64,000 nucleotides of DNA from Acidobacteriota bacterium (lineage in GTDB: Bacteria > Acidobacteriota > Thermoanaerobaculia > Multivoradales > Multivoraceae): contig JAPPFP010000010.1 of assembly GCA_028877275.1 (NCBI GenBank), positions 67,640 through 131,639 on the forward strand, written 5' to 3'. This document shows positions 21,122 to 29,519 of this stretch, one piece after another. The first letter of the stretch is position 1. Each line of letters begins with the position of its first letter. Under the pieces are notes generated by a model. The model had not been told where the DNA came from. It saw only the letters and a program-made list of their open reading frames with translations, and ran no database searches. Position numbers and translations under genes: made by a program.

Positions 21122-22309
21122 ATGAGTGATCTATCCGTGTTTCGAGAAGAGGCCCGCGCTTGGGTCGAGGGCAACGGACCCGAGTTCCTGCGCGGCAAGG
21201 CCTCCGACCCGAACGCCTGGGCCGCGGGCGGCCGCAAGGCGCCCTTCATCTATCCGGAGAGTCGCGACTGGCTGCTCGCGGCGGTCGATCGGGGCTTTTC
21301 GGTGCCGACCTGGCCCGAGGAGTACGGCGGCGCCGGCCTCTCGCGCGACGAAGCGGCCGTCCTGCACGAGGAGATGGGGCGCCTGTCCCTGCCGCTGCCG
21401 CTGACGGGCTTCGGCTACAGCATGATCGGGCCGACGTTGCTGGACCACGGCACGGAGACGCAGAGGGCTGAACACCTGCCGAAGATCGCGCGCGGCGAGA
21501 TTCGCTGGTGCCAGGGCTACTCGGAACCGAACGCAGGATCCGACCTGGCGTCTCTGGCGACGTCGGCGGTGCGCGACGGAGATTTCTACGTGATCAACGG
21601 CCAGAAGATCTGGACCTCCGGCGCGGACGAGGCGGACTGGATCTTCATGCTGGTGCGCACCAACCCGGACGTCAAGAAGCAGCGCGGCATCACCTTCATC
21701 CTGGTCGACATGGCGTCGCCGGGCGTCGAGGTGCGGCCGATCCGGCTGATCAGCGGCGCTTCGCCGTTCTGTGAGACCTTCTTCCACGACGTGCGAACGC
21801 CGGTCCACCAGGTCATCGGCGAGGTGAACAGCGGCTGGACGGTGGCGAAGGCGTTGCTCGGCCACGAACGGACCTCGATCGGCGGCATGGGGCGCGGCCG
21901 CGCGAGAACTTCGCTGCCGGACCTGGCGCGGAACTACGTCGGCGTCGACGGAATGGGCCGGATCGACGACCCGGCGATCCGGGAGCGGGTGACCCAGTGC
22001 GAGATGGACGCGATGTCCTACGGGCTCACGATCAAGCGTCACGGCGACGGGCTGGAAGCCGGGCACAAGCCCGGACCGGAGAGCTCGATGTTCAAGTACT
22101 ACGGGACCGAACTCAACATGCGCCGCGAAGAGCTGATGCTCTCGATCCGCGGCCCCCAGGCGCTGGGCTGGGAAGGCGAGGGATTTGAACCGGCCGAACT
22201 GACCCAGACCCGCACCTGGCTGCGGTCGCGGGCGAACAGCATCGAGGGCGGGACGTCGGAGATTCAGTTGAACATCATCGCCAAGCGTGTGCTGGGGTTG
22301 CCGGACTGA
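21122..22309 (+). CDS. acyl-CoA dehydrogenase, catalytic (alpha) subunit of an alpha/beta FadE-type pair
   Basis: Internal ATG (MSDLSVFREEARAW) of ORF 21023..22309. ACAD fold with the C-terminal IEGGTSEIQ, which carries the catalytic-base Glu equivalent to YEGT. Confidence 0.8.
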   Translation: MSDLSVFREEARAWVEGNGPEFLRGKASDPNAWAAGGRKAPFIYPESRDWLLAAVDRGFSVPTWPEEYGGAGLSRDEAAVLHEEMGRLSLPLPLTGFGYSMIGPTLLDHGTETQRAEHLPKIARGEIRWCQGYSEPNAGSDLASLATSAVRDGDFYVINGQKIWTSGADEADWIFMLVRTNPDVKKQRGITFILVDMASPGVEVRPIRLISGASPFCETFFHDVRTPVHQVIGEVNSGWTVAKALLGHERTSIGGMGRGRARTSLPDLARNYVGVDGMGRIDDPAIRERVTQCEMDAMSYGLTIKRHGDGLEAGHKPGPESSMFKYYGTELNMRREELMLSIRGPQALGWEGEGFEPAELTQTRTWLRSRANSIEGGTSEIQLNIIAKRVLGLPD

Positions 22310-23445
22310 TGGCTCCGCTGGTCCTCACCGCTCCCCAGGACATGCTGGCCCGGACCGCGGCCGAGCTCATTTCGAAGCACGGCGGGGTCGATCGCCAGCG
22401 CCGACTGCGCGACGAGGGCGCCGAACTCGGCTACAACACCGAAGTCTGGGCCGAGATGGCGGAACTCGGCTGGCTGGGCATTCCCTTCGCGGAAGAGCAC
22501 GGCGGCCTCGGCATGGGCATGGCCGAGACGGTGCTCATCACCGAGGCGATGGGCCGCGGCCTGGCGCCCGAGCCGTTCGTGTCGGCGGTCGTCTTCGCCG
22601 GCGGGCTGGTCGCGGACGCCGGCGACGCTGAGCAGCGGGCCGCGTGGCTGCCGCCGCTGATCGACGGGGAGAAGCGCCTGGCGCCGGCGCTGCTCGAGGC
22701 GGGAAGCAGGTACGGGCTCGACCGGGTCGAGACGCGGGCGCAGACGAGCGGCGACGGCTGGTCGCTTTCGGGCGAGAAGGTCCAGGTGGTCGGCGGCGTC
22801 GGCGCCGACGGTTTCCTGATCGCGGCCCGAACGGAGGCCAGCGACGACGGTCTGACGCTGTTCCTCGTTCCGGCGGCGGCGGATGGCCTCGAGGTCGTGG
22901 CTCAGCATCGGGTGGACTCCCGTAACTCCGCGATCGTCAGGCTGAGCGATGTTCAGGTGGCAGCCGGCGCCGTCCTGGGCGATGTCGGCGGCGGCCTGGA
23001 ACCGCTCGGACGGGCGGTGGACCGGGCCACGGTCGCCGTCTGCGGCGAGATGCTCGGGTTGATGACGGAGTCCTTTGAACGGACGATCGAGTACCTGAGG
23101 TCGCGCAGCCAGTTCGGCGTTCTGATCGGCACCTTCCAGGCGCTCAAGCACCGGGCGGCGAACATGTTCATCGAGATCGAGCTGTCCCGTTCCACCGTCA
23201 TGGCGGCGGCCCGGGCCCTCGACGAGGGCAGCGACGACGCGGAGCTCCAGGTCTCGAACGCCAAGGCGCGCTGCTCGGACGCCCTGATCCTGGTCACCAA
23301 CGAGGCCCTGCAGATGCACGGCGGCATCGGCATGACGGACGAGCACGACATCGGCCTGTTCATGAAGCGGGCCCGGGCCCTCGAGTTCGCCTTCGGCGAC
23401 GCCGCCTTCCACCGCCAGCGCTTCGCCCGCCTGCGCGGCTTCTGA
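22309..23445 (+). CDS. acyl-CoA dehydrogenase-family protein, non-catalytic (beta) subunit
   Basis: Start overlaps the upstream stop (TGATG), indicating translational coupling. ACAD fold, but the position of the catalytic Glu reads FAFGDAAF with no Glu. This is the ChsE/FadE26-27-type heteromeric pattern. Confidence 0.75.
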   Translation: MAPLVLTAPQDMLARTAAELISKHGGVDRQRRLRDEGAELGYNTEVWAEMAELGWLGIPFAEEHGGLGMGMAETVLITEAMGRGLAPEPFVSAVVFAGGLVADAGDAEQRAAWLPPLIDGEKRLAPALLEAGSRYGLDRVETRAQTSGDGWSLSGEKVQVVGGVGADGFLIAARTEASDDGLTLFLVPAAADGLEVVAQHRVDSRNSAIVRLSDVQVAAGAVLGDVGGGLEPLGRAVDRATVAVCGEMLGLMTESFERTIEYLRSRSQFGVLIGTFQALKHRAANMFIEIELSRSTVMAAARALDEGSDDAELQVSNAKARCSDALILVTNEALQMHGGIGMTDEHDIGLFMKRARALEFAFGDAAFHRQRFARLRGF

Positions 23446-23469
23446 GGCGTATCGGCCGCCGGCAACAGG

Positions 23470-23621
23470 CCGGGGAGGAGGATCCCAGGGGACGCTCACC
23501 CCATCTTGGTGGACGAGGGGGTGGGGGTTCGCTTCGGTCGGCTGCGCTCCGTGAGGTTGTCGGCTGCTTGCAAGACATCGGCAGTCGCTGGCCTCTAGCC
23601 CCCTGGGACCCTCCTCCCCGG
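23470..23621. repeat. ~150-bp element bounded by 22-bp inverted repeats (ccggggaggaggatcccagggg / cccctgggaccctcctccccgg, 1 mismatch)
   Basis: Seen directly in the 350-nt convergent gap between the ACAD beta gene and TBDR-1. Further small hairpins follow at 23706-23720 (gccgccgaaggcggc). Confidence 0.4.
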
Positions 23622-23796
23622 CCTGCTGCCGGCTGGACTTCGGTGGGAGCCGGGCCCACGGTTCGGAGTGCCGCACACCGGGTGCGCCGGCGTCCCCGCC
23701 GGCTCGCCGCCGAAGGCGGCACGAACGCCGGCCGAAGGCCGACCTCGGTTGCGGAGCGGATCCGCATCGGGCTGGAGGGGAGATCGTTGACCTGGA

Positions 23797-26700
23797 CTAC
23801 AGCTCGAACCGCAGGCCGATGCTGAGGACGCGGCCCAGGGGGTTGTGGGTCGAGGGGTCGTAGTTGATCTGGCGGAAGACGCGGGGTGGGTCCTGGTCGC
23901 CGAGGTTGACGATGGACGCGAAGAGCGTCGCCTTGTCCCCGGGGATGGACCAGGAGACGTGGAGGTCGTGGGTGGCGAAGGCGTCGATGGGGTAGTTGTC
24001 GCCCCAGGGGGCGGGGGCGTCGTGGACATAGGAATCGGTGTAGTTCAGGTGCCAGCGGCTGGTAAAGGGGCCGAACGTGTAGCCGGCGAAGAGACGGCCC
24101 TTGAACTCCGGCAGGGCGCGGGCGAGGGAGGTGTCGTAGTTCAGCCTTCCCTTCGCGTCGTAGGGGTCGCCGAGTTCCCAGCCGTCGATGTGCCAGGACA
24201 GGGTGGTCGTGCCTGACGCGCCCAGGGTCAGACGTCCTGGGCCCGCACTGGTCTGGAAGTCGGCGCGGAAGTCGATGCCGTCGGTCTCGATGTCCGGTCC
24301 GTTGACGATCCGCACGGCGAGGGTGTCCAGGTTCTCGAGGCTGGGAACGCCGCCGCTGATCGTCAATCCGTCGAACCAGGGCGAAGCCTCGTCGCACAGG
24401 GGATGGTTCGCGGGCGGGCAGGCGAGGCCGAGAATGGAGTTGAAGGGCTGGATGACGAGCGGGTCGGTGAAGTCGTAGCGCCAGTAGTCGACGGTGGCGA
24501 AGAAGCGGCCGCTGCCGCCGCCGAGGCCGCCGCGCTCGAACACCAGGCCCGTGTTGAGGGTCGTGGCCGACTCCGGGTCGAGCGCCGGGTCGCCGTGGAT
24601 GTGGATCGGCTTGAACGTGCCGATGCGGCCGATGAAGAACCGCGAGGTGTCGGCGATTCCGTCGATCGTCTGGTTCAGCGTCGGGCCGCGGAACGTGGTA
24701 CCGAACGAGCCGCGCAGAGCCAGCGTGCCGGTGGCCTGCCAGCGCAGCGCCAGCTTGGGGTCGAGGCTCGAGCCGACATCCCCGCCGTAGTCCTCGAAGC
24801 GGAGCGAGACCTGGCTTTCGACCGAGGGGACGAGCGGCAGCGAGAGTTCGCCGAACACGGAGCCGATCCCGCGATCGTCCTCGAGCGGGAAGGACGGGGG
24901 CAGGTAGGCGAACACACCCTCCGGCTTCTCGCACGTCGTGATCTCCGGACTGCCCGGACAGGGGTAGATCGCGATGTCGTGCAGGGCGCCGCCCCGCGGT
25001 GTCGGCGCGCCGACGGTGTACGGATTCAGCTCGTAGGTCTCGCCGCGCCACTGCACGCCGGCCGCGTACTCCGCCGCGCCGCCTGGAAGGCTCCAGTCGA
25101 GCAGGCCGCTCGCGACGGCTTCCACGACGAGCAGCGACGTCTCGCCCCGGTTGCCGAGGATCGTCGTCAGGTAGTCGTGCAGAGGGCCGTTGTCGAACGC
25201 CGGGTCGTAGTCGGGGTTCGAGGCGTTCGGCACCAGGGGATGGGGCTTGATCGAGTTGGAGAACGGGATCCAGTAGCGGCAATCGCCCTGGCCCGCGTGC
25301 CGGCGCAGGGTGTCCAGGGAGAAGCTCAGGTTGCCGCCCGCGTCGTACTCGTTCGGGACCTGTTCTTCGCAGGCAAGGCCGCCGAGACCGGCCAGCGCGC
25401 GACGGGCGCGGTAGTGGAGGGCGTCGCCGTCTTCGAACCTGCGATCGGCGCTCGACCAGGAGGCCCGGAACGCCCAGAGGGTCTCGCCGGTCACCCCCTC
25501 GAGGTCGAACGCGAATCGTTCCGTGTCCGACTCGCGGATGTGGCTCCGGAGCGGACCCTCCTGGCCGAACATCCGCCCCCGGATCCAGGCCACTTCCTGC
25601 CAGGCCGGGTCGATTCCCGCGGCATCCTGGGAGCCGCCGTCGCCCTGCCAGCCGCACCAGGGAGCGTCGCAGAAGGCGTAAGCGCCGTACAGCTCCGGGT
25701 AGAGCCTGGCCATGTCGACGAGACCCGGGTTGTTCGCCCGCACCGAGCGCGTGGGATCCACGACCTTGTTCGGCGGATAGCCGGGTGAGGTCTGCCACGA
25801 AGGCACGTCGCCCCGGGCGAACAGGACCTCCGCGCCGATGTGCCAGCCGCCCTCTGTGTCCCAGGAGGCTTCCGTGAACCATTGCCCCCGGCGCGTATCC
25901 TGCACGAGGTTGTCGAACGGCGTGTACTGGACCCGGCAGAGCGGGTTGTCGGGGCTGCTGACCGCGCCCCCGACGCGCTCGCAGTTCGGGTCGCGGATCG
26001 CCGGTGCGCCCGAGAGCGGGTAGAACACCGCGGGCCGTCCGGTGCCCGACCAGCCGCCCCGTGGGTTGTCGGCGTAGGGCCGAACGGCCCAGGCGCGGTC
26101 GCGGAGCCGGATCGGGCTCCGCCGCGAGAGGCCGAGCGAGCTCGCGACATGACCACGCCCTCCGCCGAACGGTCGGCCGGCGAGGATGCCGACCTCGCCG
26201 TCGCCGTTCGAACCGTCGATCACGCTGTGCTTGCCCTCGAAGGACAGACCGTCGAAGTGGCTGCGCGTGATCACGTTCATCACGCCGGCGATGGCGTCAG
26301 AGCCGTAGGTCGCGGCGCCGCCGTCACGCAGGAACTCGACCTGCTCGACCGCGACCATGGGCAGGACGTTCGTGTCGACGATGAGCTGCGCCTGGTCAGG
26401 GATGGCGCCCGGGGACCAGGTCAGGCGATCGCCGTTGAGGAGAACGAGGGAGCGGCTCGGGCCAAGACCGCGCAGGTTGAGCGTCGAGCGGTCCTCGTTC
26501 GTGCGCGCGCCGAACTGGTCGGACTCGAGGTCCGCGCCGAGACTGAAAGAGAGGTTGCGGATGACGCCGAGCATGCCGGGCGAGCCCTCCGCCTCCAGGT
26601 CCTCGCGGGACAGCACCGAGACAGGCTGCGCGGCGTCTTCGGGGGTTCCTGGAATCCAGGAGCCGGTGACCGTGACCGTGTGGCTGAAGGTCTCGACCTC

Positions 26701-26862
26701 GTGGGTGTGGTGTTCGTGGGCGTGCTCGGTCTCCTCCGCGCCCGCGTCTTCATGTTCGTCCGCGTGGACGTGATCGGCCTCCTGGGCCATGGCGCCGGAC
26801 GCCAGGAGGACGGCGACCGTCGAGAGGATGAACGCTTGCCGGAAGGTCGATGCCCGGGGCAT
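23797..26862 (-). CDS. TonB-dependent receptor (1021 aa) with His/acidic-rich N-terminal extension, paralog 1
   Basis: Signal peptide, then ADHVHADEHEDAGAEETEHAHEHHTHE, a TonB-box-like ETFSHTVTVTGSW, and plug motifs (LNLRGLGPSRSLVLLNGDRL, LRDGGAATYGSDAIAGVMNVITR). A long barrel follows. C-terminal ...GLRFEL. Confidence 0.85.
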   Translation of the reverse strand: MPRASTFRQAFILSTVAVLLASGAMAQEADHVHADEHEDAGAEETEHAHEHHTHEVETFSHTVTVTGSWIPGTPEDAAQPVSVLSREDLEAEGSPGMLGVIRNLSFSLGADLESDQFGARTNEDRSTLNLRGLGPSRSLVLLNGDRLTWSPGAIPDQAQLIVDTNVLPMVAVEQVEFLRDGGAATYGSDAIAGVMNVITRSHFDGLSFEGKHSVIDGSNGDGEVGILAGRPFGGGRGHVASSLGLSRRSPIRLRDRAWAVRPYADNPRGGWSGTGRPAVFYPLSGAPAIRDPNCERVGGAVSSPDNPLCRVQYTPFDNLVQDTRRGQWFTEASWDTEGGWHIGAEVLFARGDVPSWQTSPGYPPNKVVDPTRSVRANNPGLVDMARLYPELYGAYAFCDAPWCGWQGDGGSQDAAGIDPAWQEVAWIRGRMFGQEGPLRSHIRESDTERFAFDLEGVTGETLWAFRASWSSADRRFEDGDALHYRARRALAGLGGLACEEQVPNEYDAGGNLSFSLDTLRRHAGQGDCRYWIPFSNSIKPHPLVPNASNPDYDPAFDNGPLHDYLTTILGNRGETSLLVVEAVASGLLDWSLPGGAAEYAAGVQWRGETYELNPYTVGAPTPRGGALHDIAIYPCPGSPEITTCEKPEGVFAYLPPSFPLEDDRGIGSVFGELSLPLVPSVESQVSLRFEDYGGDVGSSLDPKLALRWQATGTLALRGSFGTTFRGPTLNQTIDGIADTSRFFIGRIGTFKPIHIHGDPALDPESATTLNTGLVFERGGLGGGSGRFFATVDYWRYDFTDPLVIQPFNSILGLACPPANHPLCDEASPWFDGLTISGGVPSLENLDTLAVRIVNGPDIETDGIDFRADFQTSAGPGRLTLGASGTTTLSWHIDGWELGDPYDAKGRLNYDTSLARALPEFKGRLFAGYTFGPFTSRWHLNYTDSYVHDAPAPWGDNYPIDAFATHDLHVSWSIPGDKATLFASIVNLGDQDPPRVFRQINYDPSTHNPLGRVLSIGLRFEL

Positions 26863-26913
26863 GGCTTCAGGCTCCCTTCGTTCGGCGTCCTGGAGCTGGA
26901 TCGCGTCGGCGGG

Positions 26914-27411
26914 TCAGCTCACGATCCGGTTCGGGTTCATGCCCGAACAGCCGTCGTGCCTCGCCGCGGTGGAGCAGCGCCCCGTGTAGCAGGAGTCGCC
27001 GGCGAAGCCCTGTGGGCGGACGTTCCGGATCCACCGTTCCACGTTGGCCTGGACCTCGGCAGCGCTCTGGCCGTGCTCCGTGATGAGCACCTTCGAGAGT
27101 CCCCACCAGGCCCGCCCCAGGTTGCACTGGCAGCAGCAAGTGTAGGCCGACCGGTCGCTGCAGCAGGGGGCGGGAATTGGCGTCAGGGCGGCGCGCTTGA
27201 TCTCTTCCTGGGCCGCGGTCAGCTCGATCTCGGCGTCGTACGCGATCAACCGCTCCATCGGCAGCCCGAGCAGCGCGGCGACCGGGTCGTCGCCGGCCGT
27301 GACGGTGGTCGACGGCGGTGTGTTTCCGCATGCCCAGGCGGCCACGCCGAGGAGAAAGGCGCACAGCGTCGCGGCGACGCCCGGAGGCTTTCGGTACGTC
27401 CGTTCCAGCAT
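26914..27411 (-). CDS. small Cys-rich secreted/lipoprotein (165 aa), function unknown
   Basis: Signal peptide MLERTYRKPPGVAATLCAFLLGVAAWA-CGN (possible lipobox). Nine Cys in the mature part (PCCSDRSAYTCCCQCN ... DSCYTGRC ... DGCSG). Amino-acid composition is balanced, unlike the overlapping Arg-rich frame 26867..27490, which was rejected. Confidence 0.5.
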   Translation of the reverse strand: MLERTYRKPPGVAATLCAFLLGVAAWACGNTPPSTTVTAGDDPVAALLGLPMERLIAYDAEIELTAAQEEIKRAALTPIPAPCCSDRSAYTCCCQCNLGRAWWGLSKVLITEHGQSAAEVQANVERWIRNVRPQGFAGDSCYTGRCSTAARHDGCSGMNPNRIVS

Positions 27412-27476
27412 GGCGCGCGATCTTATCTCCGGAGTCGTCGCGGTAACGAAGTGGACATGGAGTACCTGCCAGGTGC

Positions 27477-27887
27477 TCAGGGAGTCTCAATCAGTGTGGA
27501 CTCGAGCGAGGGAACTCGTAGATAGTCCCGATCGGATGTGAGTAAATGGCCGTGGAACTGCAGCGTTGAGGCCGCGATCCAGACGTCGTTCAATGGAATA
27601 GGCGTGCCGGCTGTCCGTAGCGAGACGAAGATGCGGGCGTAGTGGCGAACGGTATCCGGCGTCACGTCCAGCACGCTGACGTAGGGGAGAGCCAGAAACT
27701 CGGCGAGCACGCGGCGGTTCTCTGCGACGCGGCTACCCAACTCGAAGGCTGCTTCGAGTTCTCCAAGAACGATCACCGGGACGAAGACGTGAACGGCGGC
27801 CGTGAGGCTGGCGAGCACCCGAGGGTGTCCCTCGCGGAAGTGTGAGTAGGCGCTCGTGTCGAGGACGAGGCGCTCGATTGTCTTCAC
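27477..27887 (-). CDS. vapC: PIN-domain toxin VapC
   Basis: 136 aa. The four conserved acidic PIN residues are in context (LVLDTSA, LGELE, NDVWIAA, TSDRD). Local GC is visibly lower than the surroundings. Confidence 0.85.
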   Translation of the reverse strand: MKTIERLVLDTSAYSHFREGHPRVLASLTAAVHVFVPVIVLGELEAAFELGSRVAENRRVLAEFLALPYVSVLDVTPDTVRHYARIFVSLRTAGTPIPLNDVWIAASTLQFHGHLLTSDRDYLRVPSLESTLIETP

Positions 27888-28129
27888 TCCCAGAGCCGCC
27901 GGTCGACCACGCGCTGTGCGGCGAGGGCTGCGTTGAACTCGTCGGCGTCGTCTTCGGTCCAGGTGGCGTACCGGAGAAGCTGCGCTCGACGGGCGTCGGG
28001 TCCGACGGCCTCGCGGAGCACTCGGAGGACGGTGGCGTTCAGACTCTCGCCGCGCTCCGCGCTGATCGCGCGCAGCCGGCGTGCGAGATCCGCGTCCACG
28101 TTGCGGATGGTGAGTTGGGCTGAAGGCAT
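27884..28129 (-). CDS. vapB: VapB/FitA-type antitoxin (ribbon-helix-helix, StbC-like)
   Basis: 81 aa. MPSAQLTIRNVDADLARRLRAISAERGESLNATVLRVL is the RHH antitoxin signature. Overlaps vapC by 4 nt. Confidence 0.8.
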   Translation of the reverse strand: MPSAQLTIRNVDADLARRLRAISAERGESLNATVLRVLREAVGPDARRAQLLRYATWTEDDADEFNAALAAQRVVDRRLWE

Positions 28130-28166
28130 GACAGCGCGACTATGCCGTCATGCTGTCATCCTGTCA
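28129..28166 (-). promoter_or_regulatory. putative VapB operator: clustered TGACAGC / GCCGTCA / GCTGTCA / CTGTCA inverted repeats at the vapB start
   Basis: Seen directly: catgacagcgcgactatgccgtcatgctgtcatcctgtca. RHH antitoxins autoregulate through such palindromes. Confidence 0.4.
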
Positions 28167-28212
28167 ATTCCGAGACGGGATCTCCCGTGCCCGATAACCT
28201 CGAGTTGCTATC

Positions 28213-29496
28213 TCAGCCGCAGTCGTTGGCCGAACGTCGATACAGCCGGTAGCCGGCCCAGTAGTACGGGTGCGAGGCGTCGAAGTCCACTGGCTGCTGT
28301 CCTTCGCCTTGCTCGAAACGAAGCGGCTCGGCCATGAGCCGGCGCTGCGCCTCTCGGAGCGCCGCGACCGGGGTCGCTCCCTGGGTGAGCTCGCTGTAGA
28401 ACGCGGTGAACAGGTGCGTGGCGGATTCGTCGAGGACGGGCCAGAGGGATGCGACGAGGGAACCCGCGCCCGCGGCGCCGAAGGCTTCGACGAACGGGCC
28501 GGGGCCGATGCCGTGGTCTCCCGTGTCCAGGCCGGAAAGGACGACTAGCGCCTCGCGTTCCAGCGCGAGTCTCGACGCCAGTTGGCCGGCGGTCACGGGA
28601 ATGGCCTGCTCGTCGTACTCCTCGGGGGAGAGCAGCAGGGCGGAACGGTCGGCGTTGCCCGGGTCGATCCGCGCTTCGACGGCCACGTGCAGGAAGCGGA
28701 CGGCGTAACTCTCGGTCGACTCCCAGAGGAGGGCCGGCGAGGCGGCCTGACCGAATCGCGACACCACCCTCATGCCCAGTGCGCGGATCGTGCTCGCCTG
28801 GTTTCGGCGTGCCGCGTGCAGGCGCCAGGAGATGCCGCCATCGCTCATCGAGGCGCCGAGCGGACGTGCCGGTGGCCGGTAGACAGCGTCGGCGATCGCC
28901 AGCGCTACGGGCCTTTGGCCCGCCGGCGGGTTGTCGTCGTCGCCGCCCGCCAGGGCCGGATCGACCCAGCACAGAGTACGGGTCTCGATCAGGAAGCGGC
29001 CCTGGGAATCGAGCGATCTGGGCGCTCGAATGGCGCCGAAAGGCAGGTCGCTGAGCGGCCCGTCGGCGGACAGGGCGAGGTGTGCGACGTTCCGGAGCTG
29101 TGCAGCGATTGGGCCAAGGAGGACGTCACCAAGCTCGTCCCCGAGGCGGACGATCCGGCCGAGGGAGGCCGGCGGCCGGAGCAGCGAGAGTTGGCGCAGT
29201 TCCGCGACGAGAGGATGCAGTTCCCCGGCACTCGCGTTCAGGCTCAGTACGACCGGATCGCCGCCTGACCCTGGGACGAAGGTCAGGGCCACCGGGCGGC
29301 CGGGAGAGGCGTCGTACACCAGGGTCGCGACTTCCTGCCTGTTTGGCCGGAAGAAGCTGGGGAGGGAAGTGGCATCTTCACCGGCCTGTGCATGGACGGG
29401 CGACGCGCCGGAGACCGACAGGCTCAGGATCGCGGCGCCCGTCCAGGCGGCAGCCGATGGCCGACGCCTTGGTGTTTCGCGCGTCGTCAATCCCAT
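28213..29496 (-). CDS. secreted CHAT-domain-like protein, apparently catalytically inactive
   Basis: 427 aa with a signal peptide. CHAT-like landmarks HLALSADGPLSDLPFGAIR, VRFLHVAVEA and ALVVLSGLDTG. The canonical His-Gly reads E-A and the SAC(E/D)TG Cys reads Leu. Assigned from motif memory; needs an HMM check. Confidence 0.55.
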   Translation of the reverse strand: MGLTTRETPRRRPSAAAWTGAAILSLSVSGASPVHAQAGEDATSLPSFFRPNRQEVATLVYDASPGRPVALTFVPGSGGDPVVLSLNASAGELHPLVAELRQLSLLRPPASLGRIVRLGDELGDVLLGPIAAQLRNVAHLALSADGPLSDLPFGAIRAPRSLDSQGRFLIETRTLCWVDPALAGGDDDNPPAGQRPVALAIADAVYRPPARPLGASMSDGGISWRLHAARRNQASTIRALGMRVVSRFGQAASPALLWESTESYAVRFLHVAVEARIDPGNADRSALLLSPEEYDEQAIPVTAGQLASRLALEREALVVLSGLDTGDHGIGPGPFVEAFGAAGAGSLVASLWPVLDESATHLFTAFYSELTQGATPVAALREAQRRLMAEPLRFEQGEGQQPVDFDASHPYYWAGYRLYRRSANDCG

Positions 29497-29519
29497 CAGG
29501 AACTCCAGGACGCCGCGGA

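Noticed and set aside
23521-23540. tRNA-like T-arm string (gggggttcgcttcgg)
   Set aside because: There is no full cloverleaf, anticodon arm or acceptor pairing. It lies inside the palindromic intergenic element. I detected no tRNA or rRNA anywhere by signature search (GGTTCGAATCC-type T-loops absent).
23360-25882. 840-aa ORF and other long alternative frames inside TBDR-1 (e.g. 25840-27525 plus strand)
   Set aside because: These are alternative-frame or antisense products of the well-supported TonB-dependent receptor gene. Composition is low complexity.
26867-27490. 207-aa Arg-rich minus-strand ORF overlapping the Cys-rich lipoprotein frame
   Set aside because: Arg/Pro/Gly low complexity without a signal peptide or domains. 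The alternative frame 26914-27411 has a signal peptide and balanced composition.
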